From positions 111,166,001-111,230,000 of the forward strand of contig NC_043001.1 of NCBI RefSeq assembly GCF_006345805.1: 64,000 nt of DNA. Direction: 5' to 3'. A program made the translations under genes and the position numbers. Source of the DNA: Octopus sinensis (taxonomy: Eukaryota). Each line of letters opens with the position of its first letter. Position 1 is the stretch's first letter. Below are positions 13,325-25,471 of the stretch, piece by piece. The notes beneath the pieces were generated by a model. It ran no database searches and had not been told where the DNA came from. It saw only the letters and a list, made by a program, of their open reading frames with translations.

Positions 13325-13455
13325 ACATACATACATACATACATACGTATGTTTGTATCTATGTGTATATATATGTATACATATATACATACATGCATAC
13401 ATATATATATATATTATATATATATATTATATATATATATGTATGCATGTATGTA

Positions 13456-13551
<96 letters not shown>

Positions 13552-13580
13552 GTGTGTGTGTGTGTATATATACATGTGTG
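13325..13580. repeat. Compound (CATA)n/(TA)n/(TG)n microsatellite
   Basis: Direct inspection. Confidence 0.95.
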
Positions 13581-15050
13581 AATAGAGTGGGAGATAAATT
13601 TTTTATTAAGTAAAAGCATAAACGGAAAATTAGTGAACTTTCATTTTCTGGGGAATAAATACAGTCGATTTCGACGGCAATACTGTTCTGTTGTCCAAAT
13701 TCATAGATTAAAGTCTACAGGAATACAGCTATAAAACATGGCAAGGCTTTTAACCAAAAGAATCAGTAATATAAAATGTTTCCGGTGCAAGGCACTGCAT
13801 TGGCAAAATAATACAATTGCATACAGCTAAAATATTTAACCTAACTTATTAGAATGAGAACTCCTAATAAATACAACTGCCCTTTGCTCTTTTACCATCT
13901 ATATTTCTTGTGTTTTTTCTTTTGTTTTCTTCTCTCATTCAGACTTATTACACCGTGTAATTTATCACCTGTTTTTTTTTTTGGGGGGGGGGGTTTGTTT
14001 TAATCTAGTTTTTTTTTCTTTCTGTCTCAATATTATATCACTCTGCTGTTCTCTGTCCGCTGTCTGTTTTTCCCTCACTGTTTCTCTATTAAAACCTCCC
14101 ACGTTCATTATATTTCACCTCGTTTTTTTCCTTTCTCTCTCCCCTTTTTTTTCTTTCATTATGTATATGCTATCAATTTTAATAGACCTGTTTTTATTGC
14201 ATCGTTCTTATGCTCTTAATATTTTCCCCTCTGTACACACCACGTAAGCTAACATACACAGAAATACATATTCAAAGAACTCTTCATTGACTTCCAAATA
14301 TTTAGTGGATTGCACTTACAGACAAAAGAAAGAATTCCACACAAGCATAAATACGCGAAGACTTGAATATACTTCACAGAAATCACCACAAAATGCATTA
14401 CATCAAATACGCCAATAGTAATGCTGTACTATAACGACACTAAATTTAATATAAAAAATATTGTCATTAACGACGTGTATGCATTAATGGGATAAAGCTA
14501 CCTGTAAAATACACAAATATATGATTGTGAACGCGGAAGTAATAAACTTGAAAACTATCGCTTATATTGGATATATTAGAAGAGTTTTCCAAAACATTCA
14601 ACCGCTAAATAAACAGACTTTTATAGCAAGAATCAATTGAAATGCACTGCGTCACACAACAGATTACAAAACGTTATAAGGAAATACAGGGTGCAGCAAA
14701 ATCTCACAGATTTATTATATCTGTGAGAATCAGGTTATTTTGTTCGCAGCACCTTGTATGAGATAGATAAAATATCTGAATTATGGAGAATTCCAGAGGA
14801 AATTACTGAATTAATGATGGAGATAGCTACGAATTTATAGAATCGCACAAAGCCAAATAGGCCATAGATAACATATTCTGGACACTGGTTTGAGCAAGAT
14901 GGTTTACAGACCTGTAAATCTAACAAGAAATTCTCAAATGGAAATGCCTATAATAGTTACATTGGTTCTACTTGCTAAAACCAAGACAACTCCATGTGCA
15001 GATATCACTCCATTCGGGTGCTGTGATACTGAAAATATAAGACCCGAAAA

Positions 15051-15286
15051 GGCGGCGAGCTGGCAGAAACGTTAGCACGCCGGGTGAATTGCGTAGCCGT
15101 ATTTCGCCTGCCGTTACGTTCTGAGTTCAAAATCCGCCGAGGTAAACTTTGCCTTTCATCCTTTTGGGGTCGATAAAATTAAGTACCAGTTATGCACTGG
15201 GGTCGATGTAATCGACTTGATCCGATTCTCTGTCCTTGTTTGTCCCCTCTCTGTTTAGCTCCTTGTGGGTAGCAAAGAAATAGGTA
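15051..15286 (+). mobile_element. tRNA-derived SINE family C, full length
   Basis: Head ggcggcgagctggcagaaacgttagc...gagttcaaaatccgcc; central tttgcctttcatccttttggggtcgataaaattaagtaccag (resembles conserved SINE-superfamily central domains such as Meta; from memory); tail ...gtgggtagcaaagaaatagg. Confidence 0.85.
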
Positions 15287-16304
15287 TTGGCAATCCGAAA
15301 CCTATTATTGCATAAAAGACTTAAGCAACAATTAGGTCTGCATTAAATACATATTCTAGCGTCCTGTCTTCTAGCTTGCAGAACGGATCACTCTACATTT
15401 TTAGATACGTGCATGTTGTTTGGAAATGTCCTAGGGCTTCACTAGCGATAAGATCATATTTGTAGAAACACATCCTCACCTTGAATATGTTACAAGCAAC
15501 TTTCACAGCGTACGCAGCCTATTCACAATATGTGATAATCTGTTTTGTATAACTGAAAATCGGATGTTTTGACATAAGACATTATAATTTATAAATATAT
15601 ACACTCTACTGACCGTACATTAGACAATCATAGCCCACTTCCAAATCTGTACTGGAAGTTCATTATGCTAATGTAAATTCGCTGTTGTTGCAACCCCACT
15701 GAAATCCAATCGAAACCAAATATTATTCTTAACATTCTTGTAATAGTTTTGTGTTCTGTAATGCATAATGTGATATACTAGTTATATTCTACACATTATA
15801 AATGTTCATTGGGTGTATTATGCTGTAATTATATATTATGTTATAACAACTGGTGTTCTCTTTGCGCTCCATCTAACACCCTTACAAGCCATCAGCTGCA
15901 TATGCCTAACTACACTGTCTATCAAATGTTTCTTACCGTCACACAACCACGTTTTAATACTTTTTATAACTGTAATGCTCGAGTCTTTCTGCAATTTACT
16001 AAATTTTATCTTTAATTTTTAATGTCACCTAGTTTTTCTTTTGAATCACAATCACTTCTATACAAAGGCGCTGTTTCGTCCGACAGATTTTGCTGACACG
16101 GATGTTTATTAATTCGATTAATTATTTGAGAAAGGGTTGAACTCCAGACTAATGCGTGAATGAATCACTTGAAAAAAGGATGTATATATATATATATATT
16201 GTAAATAAGAAAATAGAGAAGCACAATAGTTGGTTCATCCACTTTAGGACATTAAAATGTTAATTATTTAATAAAATGATAATTATAATAATATACATAC
16301 ATAT

Positions 16305-16491
16305 AGCATATATATATACCTCCCTACCTACATACATGCATACATACATATATATGTGTATGCATGTGTATACGTATGTATACATACGTGTACACATGCA
16401 TATATATGCATATGTATGTGTGCATGTATGTATGTGTGTATGCATATATGTATCTATGTATGATATTTATGTATGTATTTATGTATGTATG

Positions 16492-16525
<34 letters not shown>

Positions 16526-16566
16526 TGTATGTATGTATTTATGTATGTAGGTAGGTAGGTAGGTAT
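16305..16566. repeat. (TATG)n/(TAGG)n microsatellite
   Basis: Direct inspection. Confidence 0.95.
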
Positions 16567-17758
16567 CTGGTGCAATACGTAATAGACTGAAATAACAGAA
16601 ACGCCTAATAATTTGAAAGACGTGGGCATTTTACATTCTTGCAGATATATTTAAACATTATAAATTGCTTGCTGTGAGAGAGAGTATTAATGTTAAAAAT
16701 CTTACTGCTGAAACACAGATAATCATTGACATAATATCAGCCCCCGCCATTTTGTCTCCTAAATGACATTGCGATCAGGTGTTACCTCAGGTTTTATATT
16801 CACAGAATGCCAAAGAACTATTTAGTTGTAAATATATTCCTGTCGATTGAGAATCATTATTCCCCATCAAAGAAGCTAGTATTTTGAGGACATAGCTATT
16901 CCCAATGGAAAACAACATATTATATATTGTGTAATCCAGCTGCATTAATTGAAAAACTATTCCACAATTCTTTTCTCGCTGTAATAAAATGGTTTCCAAT
17001 GAATACTCTCGGAAAAATCAAATTGTCTGGAAAACTTAAAATTAAACTAGTTATCCATTGAAGTACACACAGGCATAGGTTAACTTCCCCGTTGAATCCA
17101 CCTACGTATGCATAAATGCAATTAAACGAGAGATAGAAAATGGTGGGTTGATGATTTAATTGAGCGCAGAATATAAATAGATGAGAAAATAGCTATTAGA
17201 TTTGTTGAGACATGTTCTTGATTAGTTTTTTAAAACAACGGAAAAACAATAAACTCCGCTTATTGTTTCTAATTAAGCGATTTATATAATTGTTTTTCTT
17301 GTCTTTTTTAATGGAAATCCTACTGCTGACGTAAAAAGAATTCCCATGTTCATCAGTTTTGACATGTGTATAAATAGGTTCATACACATTGATATTTTTT
17401 TAATGATATTTGTCGGATCTATACTTCTAAGGTATAGTATAATGCTATCGTAGATTTGTATAATACGAAAATTCACTTTGTACTGCTTGATATGCAACGA
17501 AATAGAATTTAAAAGCTGACTGCTTGTATTATTTCTATCACGTGTCAAAATCAAGTAAACCGTTAACTAAGCTTCTAAGCAATATCATTTTCCATATATG
17601 TGTTGTTGTTTTTTTCATTTAATTTCATACAATTCAGATTTCAGCGCATTGGATTATCGAAGCTAATTTCATATAAACGTGAAACAGACGAGAGACAAGC
17701 TCAAAAAGAAATCATCGCAAATAGATATCACTCAAAACAATTCTACCATATTTAACGC

Positions 17759-17915
17759 AGGCGTAACTCTGTAGTGAAAAGCTTGCTTTTTCAATCACAT
17801 GATCCCGGGTTCAGTCCGGCTGCGTGACACCTTGGCCAGTTGTCCTCTTCTAAAGCCGCGGGCGACAAAATCTTGGGAGTAGATTTGTAAGACAGAAACT
17901 GAAAGAAGCCTCTCG

Positions 17916-17949
<34 letters not shown>

Positions 17950-18180
17950 TATATACACACGTGTTTGTGTGTGTTTCTGTGCTTATCCTCACCTCTTGAC
18001 AACCGCTGTTGGTGAGTTTACGTCCCAGTTACTTAAATTTTTCGCGAACCAGCCCGTAAGAATAGGTACCAGGCTTACGAAAATAAAATAATTACTGCGG
18101 CCGATTCATTCCACTAAAAACTTCTCCAAGTGAATACTCTTAGTATGGCCGCATTCTAATGCGAGAAACAAATATAAGAT
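17759..18180 (+). mobile_element. SINE family A, diverged full copy
   Basis: Head, internal (TA)n and tail collinear with 97-490. Confidence 0.8.
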
Positions 18181-18479
18181 CTAAGATAATACTGCAAAAG
18201 CCGGATAATGAATATCATCCAAATAGTTGCTCTAAACTCCTTCCTTTCTCTCTCTTTCTCTTTGTCAGTCTATCTGTCTGTCACTCTCCCTCTCTCTCTC
18301 TCTCTCTCGCTCTCAGTTAACTAAGTCAAGCAACATATCTGTCTACCTCCCTCTAACTCTCAGGGTTTTCGCAAAGAAATATCAAGTACTTTGCTCCGTA
18401 CACTATCGCATTCACTCAAAATATTCAATTCCACCACAGCTGATTTTATTACGTATTTAGAGATTTTGGTTTCAGATTT

Positions 18480-18683
18480 TGGCACAAGGACAGCTATTTA
18501 CAGAAGAGAGGGTTATTCGATTACATAGACTCCAATACTAAACAGATGTTTATTTTACCGACCCCCGTAACGATGACAGGGGAAATCAACCACGATAGAA
18601 CTTGAACTTAGAACCTAAAATGGAGGGAAACACGCTAAATATTTTGCCCTGCTTGGTAACGATTCTGCCAGCTCACCGCCTTA
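18480..18683 (-). mobile_element. SINE family C, diverged
   Basis: Reverse complement of the ggcggtgagctggcagaatcgttacc head and central domain. Confidence 0.7.
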
Positions 18684-18717
18684 ATTCGTATATGGAGATA
18701 TATATCAGCAGATGTCG

Positions 18718-19027
18718 TCGTCTTCTTCTTCTTCTTCTTCTTCTTCTTCTTCTTCTTCTTCTTCTTTTCTTCTTCTCCTTCTTCTTCTTCTTCTTCTTCC
18801 TCCTTTCTTGTTTCTTCTCTTCTTCTTCTTCTTCTTCTTCTTCTTCTTCTTCTTCTTCTTCTTCTTCTTCTTCTCCTCATCCTCCATTCTTCTTCTTTGT
18901 CTTCTTCTCCTCCTCTTTCTCCTCCTCCTTCTTCGTCTTCTTCTTCTTCTCCTCCTCCTCCTCCTTCTTCTTCTTCGTCTTCTTCTTCTTCTTCTTCTTC
19001 TTCTTCTTCTTCTTCTTCTTCTTCTTC
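18718..19027. repeat. (CTT)n/(GAA)n microsatellite, probably the 3' tail of the minus-strand SINE at 19028-19487
   Basis: About 310 bp array; source of the poly-E/R/K/S/L/F ORFs. Confidence 0.95.
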
Positions 19028-19487
19028 CAATTAGGACTCACGCCATTAGCCACAAAGAATAATTTCTAATTCGAGCCTACTCTAAGCTACTAAGAATGTG
19101 TGTGGCAGCTTGAAGATCCACCCACCACATGCGATAGACTGGCGGTTGCAAGGGGGCGAATGCTACGCTGTTATCCTTATTCCGTAAACGGCGGCTTTTA
19201 ACGGGTGGGGAGCTGAACCATCCTGGGGTACAGAGGATGCGCAATCTAGACTAGAGTCTGAAAGTTTACTACATCATAGTGGGTTGCACTATGGTTCCTC
19301 TGCTTTGTAGCAGAAGTAGGAAGAAAGTGTGGGAAAATGTTGTGGTGAAATAGTACATCGGAGTTCACCACCACACCGCCGGAGCCTCATTGGGGCTTGG
19401 GTGTTTTGCGAGATAGACACTCATAATGCCCGGTCTGGGAATCGAAACCGTGTTCTTACGTCCGCGAGTCCGCTGCCCTAACCCTAA
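19028..19487 (-). mobile_element. tRNA-derived SINE family B with a distinct GC-rich 3' tail
   Basis: 19310-19487 reverse-complements to the family B head and core (ttagggcagcggactcgcgg...cccagaccgggc...gaggctccggc). 19028-19310 is unrelated to the other family B tails. Confidence 0.7.
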
Positions 19488-19916
19488 GATGTTGTAATGT
19501 GTAATTGCCAATGGGCAGTGTGATATGAATTTTCAAATTAAATATCGTATAAAACTCGAGATGCAATTATTTTCAAGTATATTAATAAGATATTGATATT
19601 GTTCAGTTTAAAATTTCTAATAAAAAATATTTCTATTTTCTAGGTGTTTGTCTTCAGGTAATCCGGAATATTCTCCAAGGTATTAATCTGAATCTTACCG
19701 GAAATCTACGAGCGAAATAGGCATGAATCGCCGTCGATAGTTTCAGTGACTAACTGCAAAAATATTTAACGTCGGGTTGAGAAAATAAAGACCAAGAAAT
19801 CAATAGAAAATTGAGAGAGCTACAATGCAGCATAATCAAAATTATCACACACGCACAAACACATATATACATGTATGTATACACACACACAGGCACACAC
19901 AAACACACAAACACAC

Positions 19917-19962
<46 letters not shown>

Positions 19963-20787
19963 ATATTTATATATATATATTACATATATATATAATCGTT
20001 CTGCCTGTCTGTGTGTGTGTCTTGTAGGATCTAGAGCATCCTCCATGCGATTGCGCTCAAATTTGAAATGCATATACCGACGGTATCACGGTGTGTATAA
20101 GTCTTGAAAAAATTACAAAAGTCGATTCCAGGTGAGAATGCGATCGATAAAGCCGTGGGAACGTGTATTTGTAAAATCGTTTTTCTTTGGAATACAAAGA
20201 AAATCTATCTTTATTTCTTCTTTTGCTGGTGTCTCAAATTTAGGTTAAATCAATGTTTCTCAAAGGGGAGGCCTATGGGACGGTCAGACAAGTTTTTTTG
20301 AGAAAATATGGTTTAACTGTCTAACGGGGGGGGGGGGGGTTGCTCGTATATATATATGTGTGTGTGTGTGTGTTTCTGATCGGAATAGCATTTGCTGCGG
20401 AGCTATTTTGATAATATACACGTTGTTGTGAAAAAGATAAGAATTTGACTTATCTTTGATCTATACGTGCATATATCTGTATGTAGACGTGCGAATCTGC
20501 TATAAATAATTATACTGCTCTGTGTAATTATTTGTATTTATATTTCTCGTGTATTGTGTTGAGGACGGAAAAAAGCTTGTTTTATGGCTTTAATCCAGAA
20601 ATTGGACCCAATTCACATTTAATGTGAAGTCTTTTTAATATTCTTTTTACTCGCCCGACTATAACCCGTATATATGTTTTGGAGTTTTAGGTAGTATCCG
20701 AGTGCCGCGGCATTTTAAAGCATGTTGGAGATAGGTCGTTTTTACCCTTGCTCCCTTAATATAATTAAACACACACACACATATATT

Positions 20788-20831
<44 letters not shown>

Positions 20832-21540
20832 ATATATATTTATATATATATTAATTTAATGTATAAATTACATATAATTTTCTATTGCATGCTGACTACC
20901 TGGTAAAAATCATTAACGTGATTATATCCTTATATTCTATTCTATATATATACATACATACGTATGTATATACATGCATAAATACATACATACATACAGA
21001 CATACATGCATACATACATACATACATAGATACATACATACATACACACATTGATACATACATACATAGAAAAATAACCTATTGTTGATGAAATTACGAT
21101 GAAGGAGCCTTGGATCTCGGTTAGAAACAGCCTCTTTCTCTATTGGCCCCCAAAAATTGAAATTGAACTGAATAATGACATACATACATGCATGCATACA
21201 TACATACATACGTACATACATACATACATACATACATACATACATACATGCGTACATACATACACAGGGAGAGAGAGACGTGAATATACCTATGTATATT
21301 TTTGTTGCATTGTTCTAGCCTATTTATAGTCAATCTGGCTAGAGCCCATAGGGTGAATAATGTGGTCATAGCTTTTACACCTTACAACACCATTTCTTTA
21401 GCACTCTATGGCGACCACAGAATTCTCTGCCAGTGTTCTGAAGATCATTGGTATGTGCATACCATGCATATTTCTGTATATCTCTCACTATGTGTAGTAT
21501 AGTTATTTATATATGTACGCATTATGCACGTGTGTATATA

Positions 21541-21765
21541 CAGGGTGGACCAAAAGTAGATTTACAGTTAATCAACTACCCCTACCGCATACATCTAACA
21601 GCTTAGATCTGAATTATAGAAACATGCAACATTATTTTATGCTGAGTTAATTTTGTCAAGCTCCCTTTTCAGTTTGTAAAATAGAAATTTAAATGTAATA
21701 AAATATTTTAAAGGGAATTTAAAGTGTCTACGTGATAACTGTAAACCTACGTTTGGGTCACCCTG
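21541..21765. mobile_element. Tc1/mariner-type MITE (225 bp) with TA target duplication
   Basis: TA|cagggtggaccaaaagtag ... ctacgtttgggtcaccctg|TA; ~20-bp imperfect TIRs. Confidence 0.8.
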
Positions 21766-23312
21766 TAAACATTTAATTATTACTGCGTATTTTCTGGGAG
21801 TGGATTTTATCCTTTGAATATATGACCGTTTATGGAATTTTACCTTTTTGATCGTAATCGCTTCCATCTTTTTAAATGCTTCCCCAAATAAACATACTCT
21901 TCGTTTTATTGATTCCAAGGAAGCTATAAGGTGATGAATATGCAATCAGCTCTGATTGCAATGCAACATAGATGGAGAAAGCTGTAGGCTAAAACAGTTG
22001 TTTAAACAATACTTGTTTCTTGCCATTTCCTTCACCCTTCATTGTGTTTGTCTGTACTTGCGCATGCGTATATTCCTCATAGCTGAAATCGTAGAGGCAG
22101 AATAGAATCATTAAAAATCCTAAAATCTTTCATACTTCTACTATAAATTTAATTATTTGATTTTAAATGAGCGCTTGCAATTCCATCCGACAATTTCACT
22201 TAGTTCTTAATTTATACATGGAAACAAAAATGATTAAATATATTTGGAAAAGCAATATAAGCTAATGTCGAATATGATTATTATTTTTTACAGCAAGAAT
22301 TGTAGAAAATTCTATGATCTTCCACATTAATGCATAATTGCCAATTTCTCATAGTATTTTCTGAGAATTAGTAAGTATTCAACATTTCCCTTTTTCCTTT
22401 TATATTGCTAATGTAAAATTTTAGTAATATTGTCTAGGGGACCCTGTTGGATTCTCAAAGCACTTCAGATTTGCAAATCGTACGGAAAGTAACACGTGAT
22501 ATAGCGTTTACTTATGTAAAGCATATCATAAACAATCTAACTAGAAATATATATGATTTGAAAAATATCTGTCTATGGCTTTATTATTATACGGATTTCT
22601 CAGTCTACAAACAAACACTTCCATATGTGTAACATATCGAATTATAAATTAAAGCTGAAGGGGATATGTACTTTTGAATTTCAAATACAGCGTATTAGTA
22701 TGTGTAATTATTGCGTTTAAATATATATATCATAAGGGAAAGATAAGCTACAATGTACCGGAATGCTATATATCTAATTATTGCAAAACATCACTCTATA
22801 TTAGAGGAACGCTATGACTTCAAAAATAGGAGAAATAATTAATTTGCATTTATACTAAATATTGCCAGAATGCCTATGGAAATGCGTGACATAAAAAAGA
22901 CGGTAAGACCATATCCAGAGAAGATTTCGCAGAGAAAGCTACATGCAAGCTTCTATGTACTTTAAAGAGAAATCTAATGTTTTTTACCAGAAGATTCTAA
23001 GCAAAATTAGAAAATATCATTTAAGACAATTATAAATTTACAATAAGGTAACTAGAAGTTTTAATCCCATCAAAAACTAAATGCGATTCAATTTTCCTCA
23101 GAGCGCCCTCTTAGATTAATATCTGGATGTCTTCCACGCTGCTTTCATTAAGGTACTGAATTCTACTGAGAATCGCAGCTTCAATAACAATATCAGCGAT
23201 ACAATAATTGCATGTTATTGAATTATTTAAAAGGTTTTTGACGATCTGAAAATTTTTCTTCACTGCACCTGATTATTGCTTGTGCATAAGTAAATTGCAT
23301 AATACATACATG

Positions 23313-23365
<53 letters not shown>

Positions 23366-23789
23366 GTGTATGTGTGTGTATGTATGTAACATAGTAAGCA
23401 CAAAAATGCTCGAATACGGGAGGGAGGGGTATATTTGTAAATATGCAGTTACGTTGATAGATACACATTTGAAATGTGTATGTATCAATGTGCATCTATT
23501 GATCGATACACAATCAACGCAAGTATATAAATATAAATATGTCCTCATTTTTGTTCCATTCTCAACCAAAACTGTCCGACGAACGGGAACGTACACCTCT
23601 GAACAAAATGTTTTGTGATGTGGCTTAGCAATTTGAACCAAAAGGCAAAGTTATCAGAAGTCACAAAATTGATGGAGGGTACTGACCAGCAATAGCTATT
23701 ACTAAAAACAAGACCACCAGCTGACTGTCTTCAATTCTATTGTACCAGCTATCGCTAGGATCTTGGCGCCTTATGCAGGTGTTCTATAC

Positions 23790-24095
23790 TACCAAAGCCT
23801 TGTAAGTGGATTTCGTAGAAGGAGACTGAAATATATATATATATATATATATATAAAACTCTGTGTGTATGAGTTTGTGTATGTGTGCCTTTACACGTGT
23901 TTGGCTCCCATCAGCGATCGACAACAGGCGTCGGTATGTTTAAGTCCCCGTAAATTAGCGTTTCGACCCAAAAATACGATAGAATGAGTACTAGACTCAC
24001 AAAAATAGACACTGGGGTTCTATTGTTCCATTAGAATGTTTCAACGCGGTGCCCCAGCATGGCTGAAATCAAATGATTGAAACAAATAAAAGAAT
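23790..24095 (+). mobile_element. SINE family A, 5'-truncated
   Basis: ccaaagccttgtaagtggatt...gcggtgccccagcatggc...gattgaaacaaataaaag. Confidence 0.75.
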
Positions 24096-24258
24096 ATGTA
24101 TATAAAGAGCGTAGGCTCGAAACGTAAAAGACTTTCTCACTTACCCGACCGTCAAAATAGTACACATCTTGTTTATAGACCTGTCTTCATCTTTTATTTT
24201 TCTGTAAATTTCAACTATATATAATATATATACATATACATATATATATATATTATAT

Positions 24259-24348
<90 letters not shown>

Positions 24349-24463
24349 ATATATATATATAATATATTATAAATAATAAATATTAGGGAAAAAAATCCAA
24401 TTTACAGGGAAAAAAATCAGATTTAGGATTAAATCCAATTTTATAGTTAAAATATTATAAAAT

Positions 24464-24673
24464 ATTATTAGAGACAAAACCACTATTTTGCAAAACAAAC
24501 AAGGAAAGAATAATCAATACAATTGAAACTGACTTATTGGAAGTCCACCTGAAGATTGTCGATCAAGACAAGAAACGATTGTAGTGGCGGTTTTTTTTGA
24601 CTATTTATTAAAATCTTATGTATTGATTAAGTCTTCCTTGTTTGTTTTGCAAAATAGTGGTTTTGTCTCTAAT

Positions 24674-24677
<4 letters not shown>
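24464..24677. repeat. ~58-bp inverted repeat enclosing the hammerhead; element embedded in (TA)n
   Basis: 24464-24521 is the reverse complement of 24619-24677 (attattagagacaaaaccactattttgcaaaacaaacaagg...taatcaataca). Confidence 0.9.
24545..24587 (+). ncRNA. Minimal type I hammerhead ribozyme (intact core)
   Basis: ccac-CTGAAGA-ttgtc gatcaa gacaa-GAAA-c gatt g-TA-gtgg. Stem I ccac/gtgg, 5-bp stem II, 2-bp stem III, GUA cleavage triplet. Confidence 0.8.
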
Positions 24678-24734
<57 letters not shown>

Positions 24735-24825
24735 TATAAGAAGAGATGATCACTAAGTGGACATCCAATATGCTAGAAGTAGATCACCTACGATCTAACC
24801 ACAAAAAATTAATGCTATCACCCTC

Positions 24826-24867
<42 letters not shown>

Positions 24868-25471
24868 AAGAGCTATAGACACAGATAGCGATCTTTCAGA
24901 AATCACTTAAACATTGAAGTAAATAGTCGCTGTATTATATATATGTATATATATATATATTGCCCAGTGACTCAGCACGTCATCCGTTCCACCAGTTAAA
25001 CTTAGTGTCACATGACCAAAGTTCTATTCAAATGACTTGCTACAGCCATATGTAGCTACGATGATTTGCTTTTTAAATTTAATTCCCACTTTGCTGTATC
25101 GAGAATATCTTGTTAAAAGGAAAGCAATGGAGCTGACAGAATTTTGTATAGGATTTCAATTGTAATTTAAATAATTCTAGCCATTGTCTTTCTTTTAAAA
25201 GAATCCTATCTGCAACAGTGATTCATTGCCTGAATCAATAAAGTCCAAGAGAAAATTATTTGCCAACATTGTTCCTGACCATTTACATTCTGGATTTCTA
25301 CCCGTTCCCCGAGGAAGAAATACCTTTCAAGCTCTATGAAAAGGCATTCCTAGCTATATGAAATACAAAGTACATACAAATAATTTTCTATCAATGATGA
25401 AGTATATTACGTGTGCATGATTCAATGCTGGTGATTTTTCACTTATAGCGTGGAACAATATATATATATAC

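Noticed and set aside
14690-14730. tacagggtg Tc1-like end plus small hairpin tctcacagat/atctgtgaga
   Set aside because: No matching second TIR was found
18602-19069. Poly-E/R/K and poly-S/F/L ORFs
   Set aside because: They are the (GAA)n/(CTT)n array read in different frames
21780-21945. IASLESIKRR-like peptide reminiscent of a CR1 RT C-terminus
   Set aside because: Too short and degenerate to support a call
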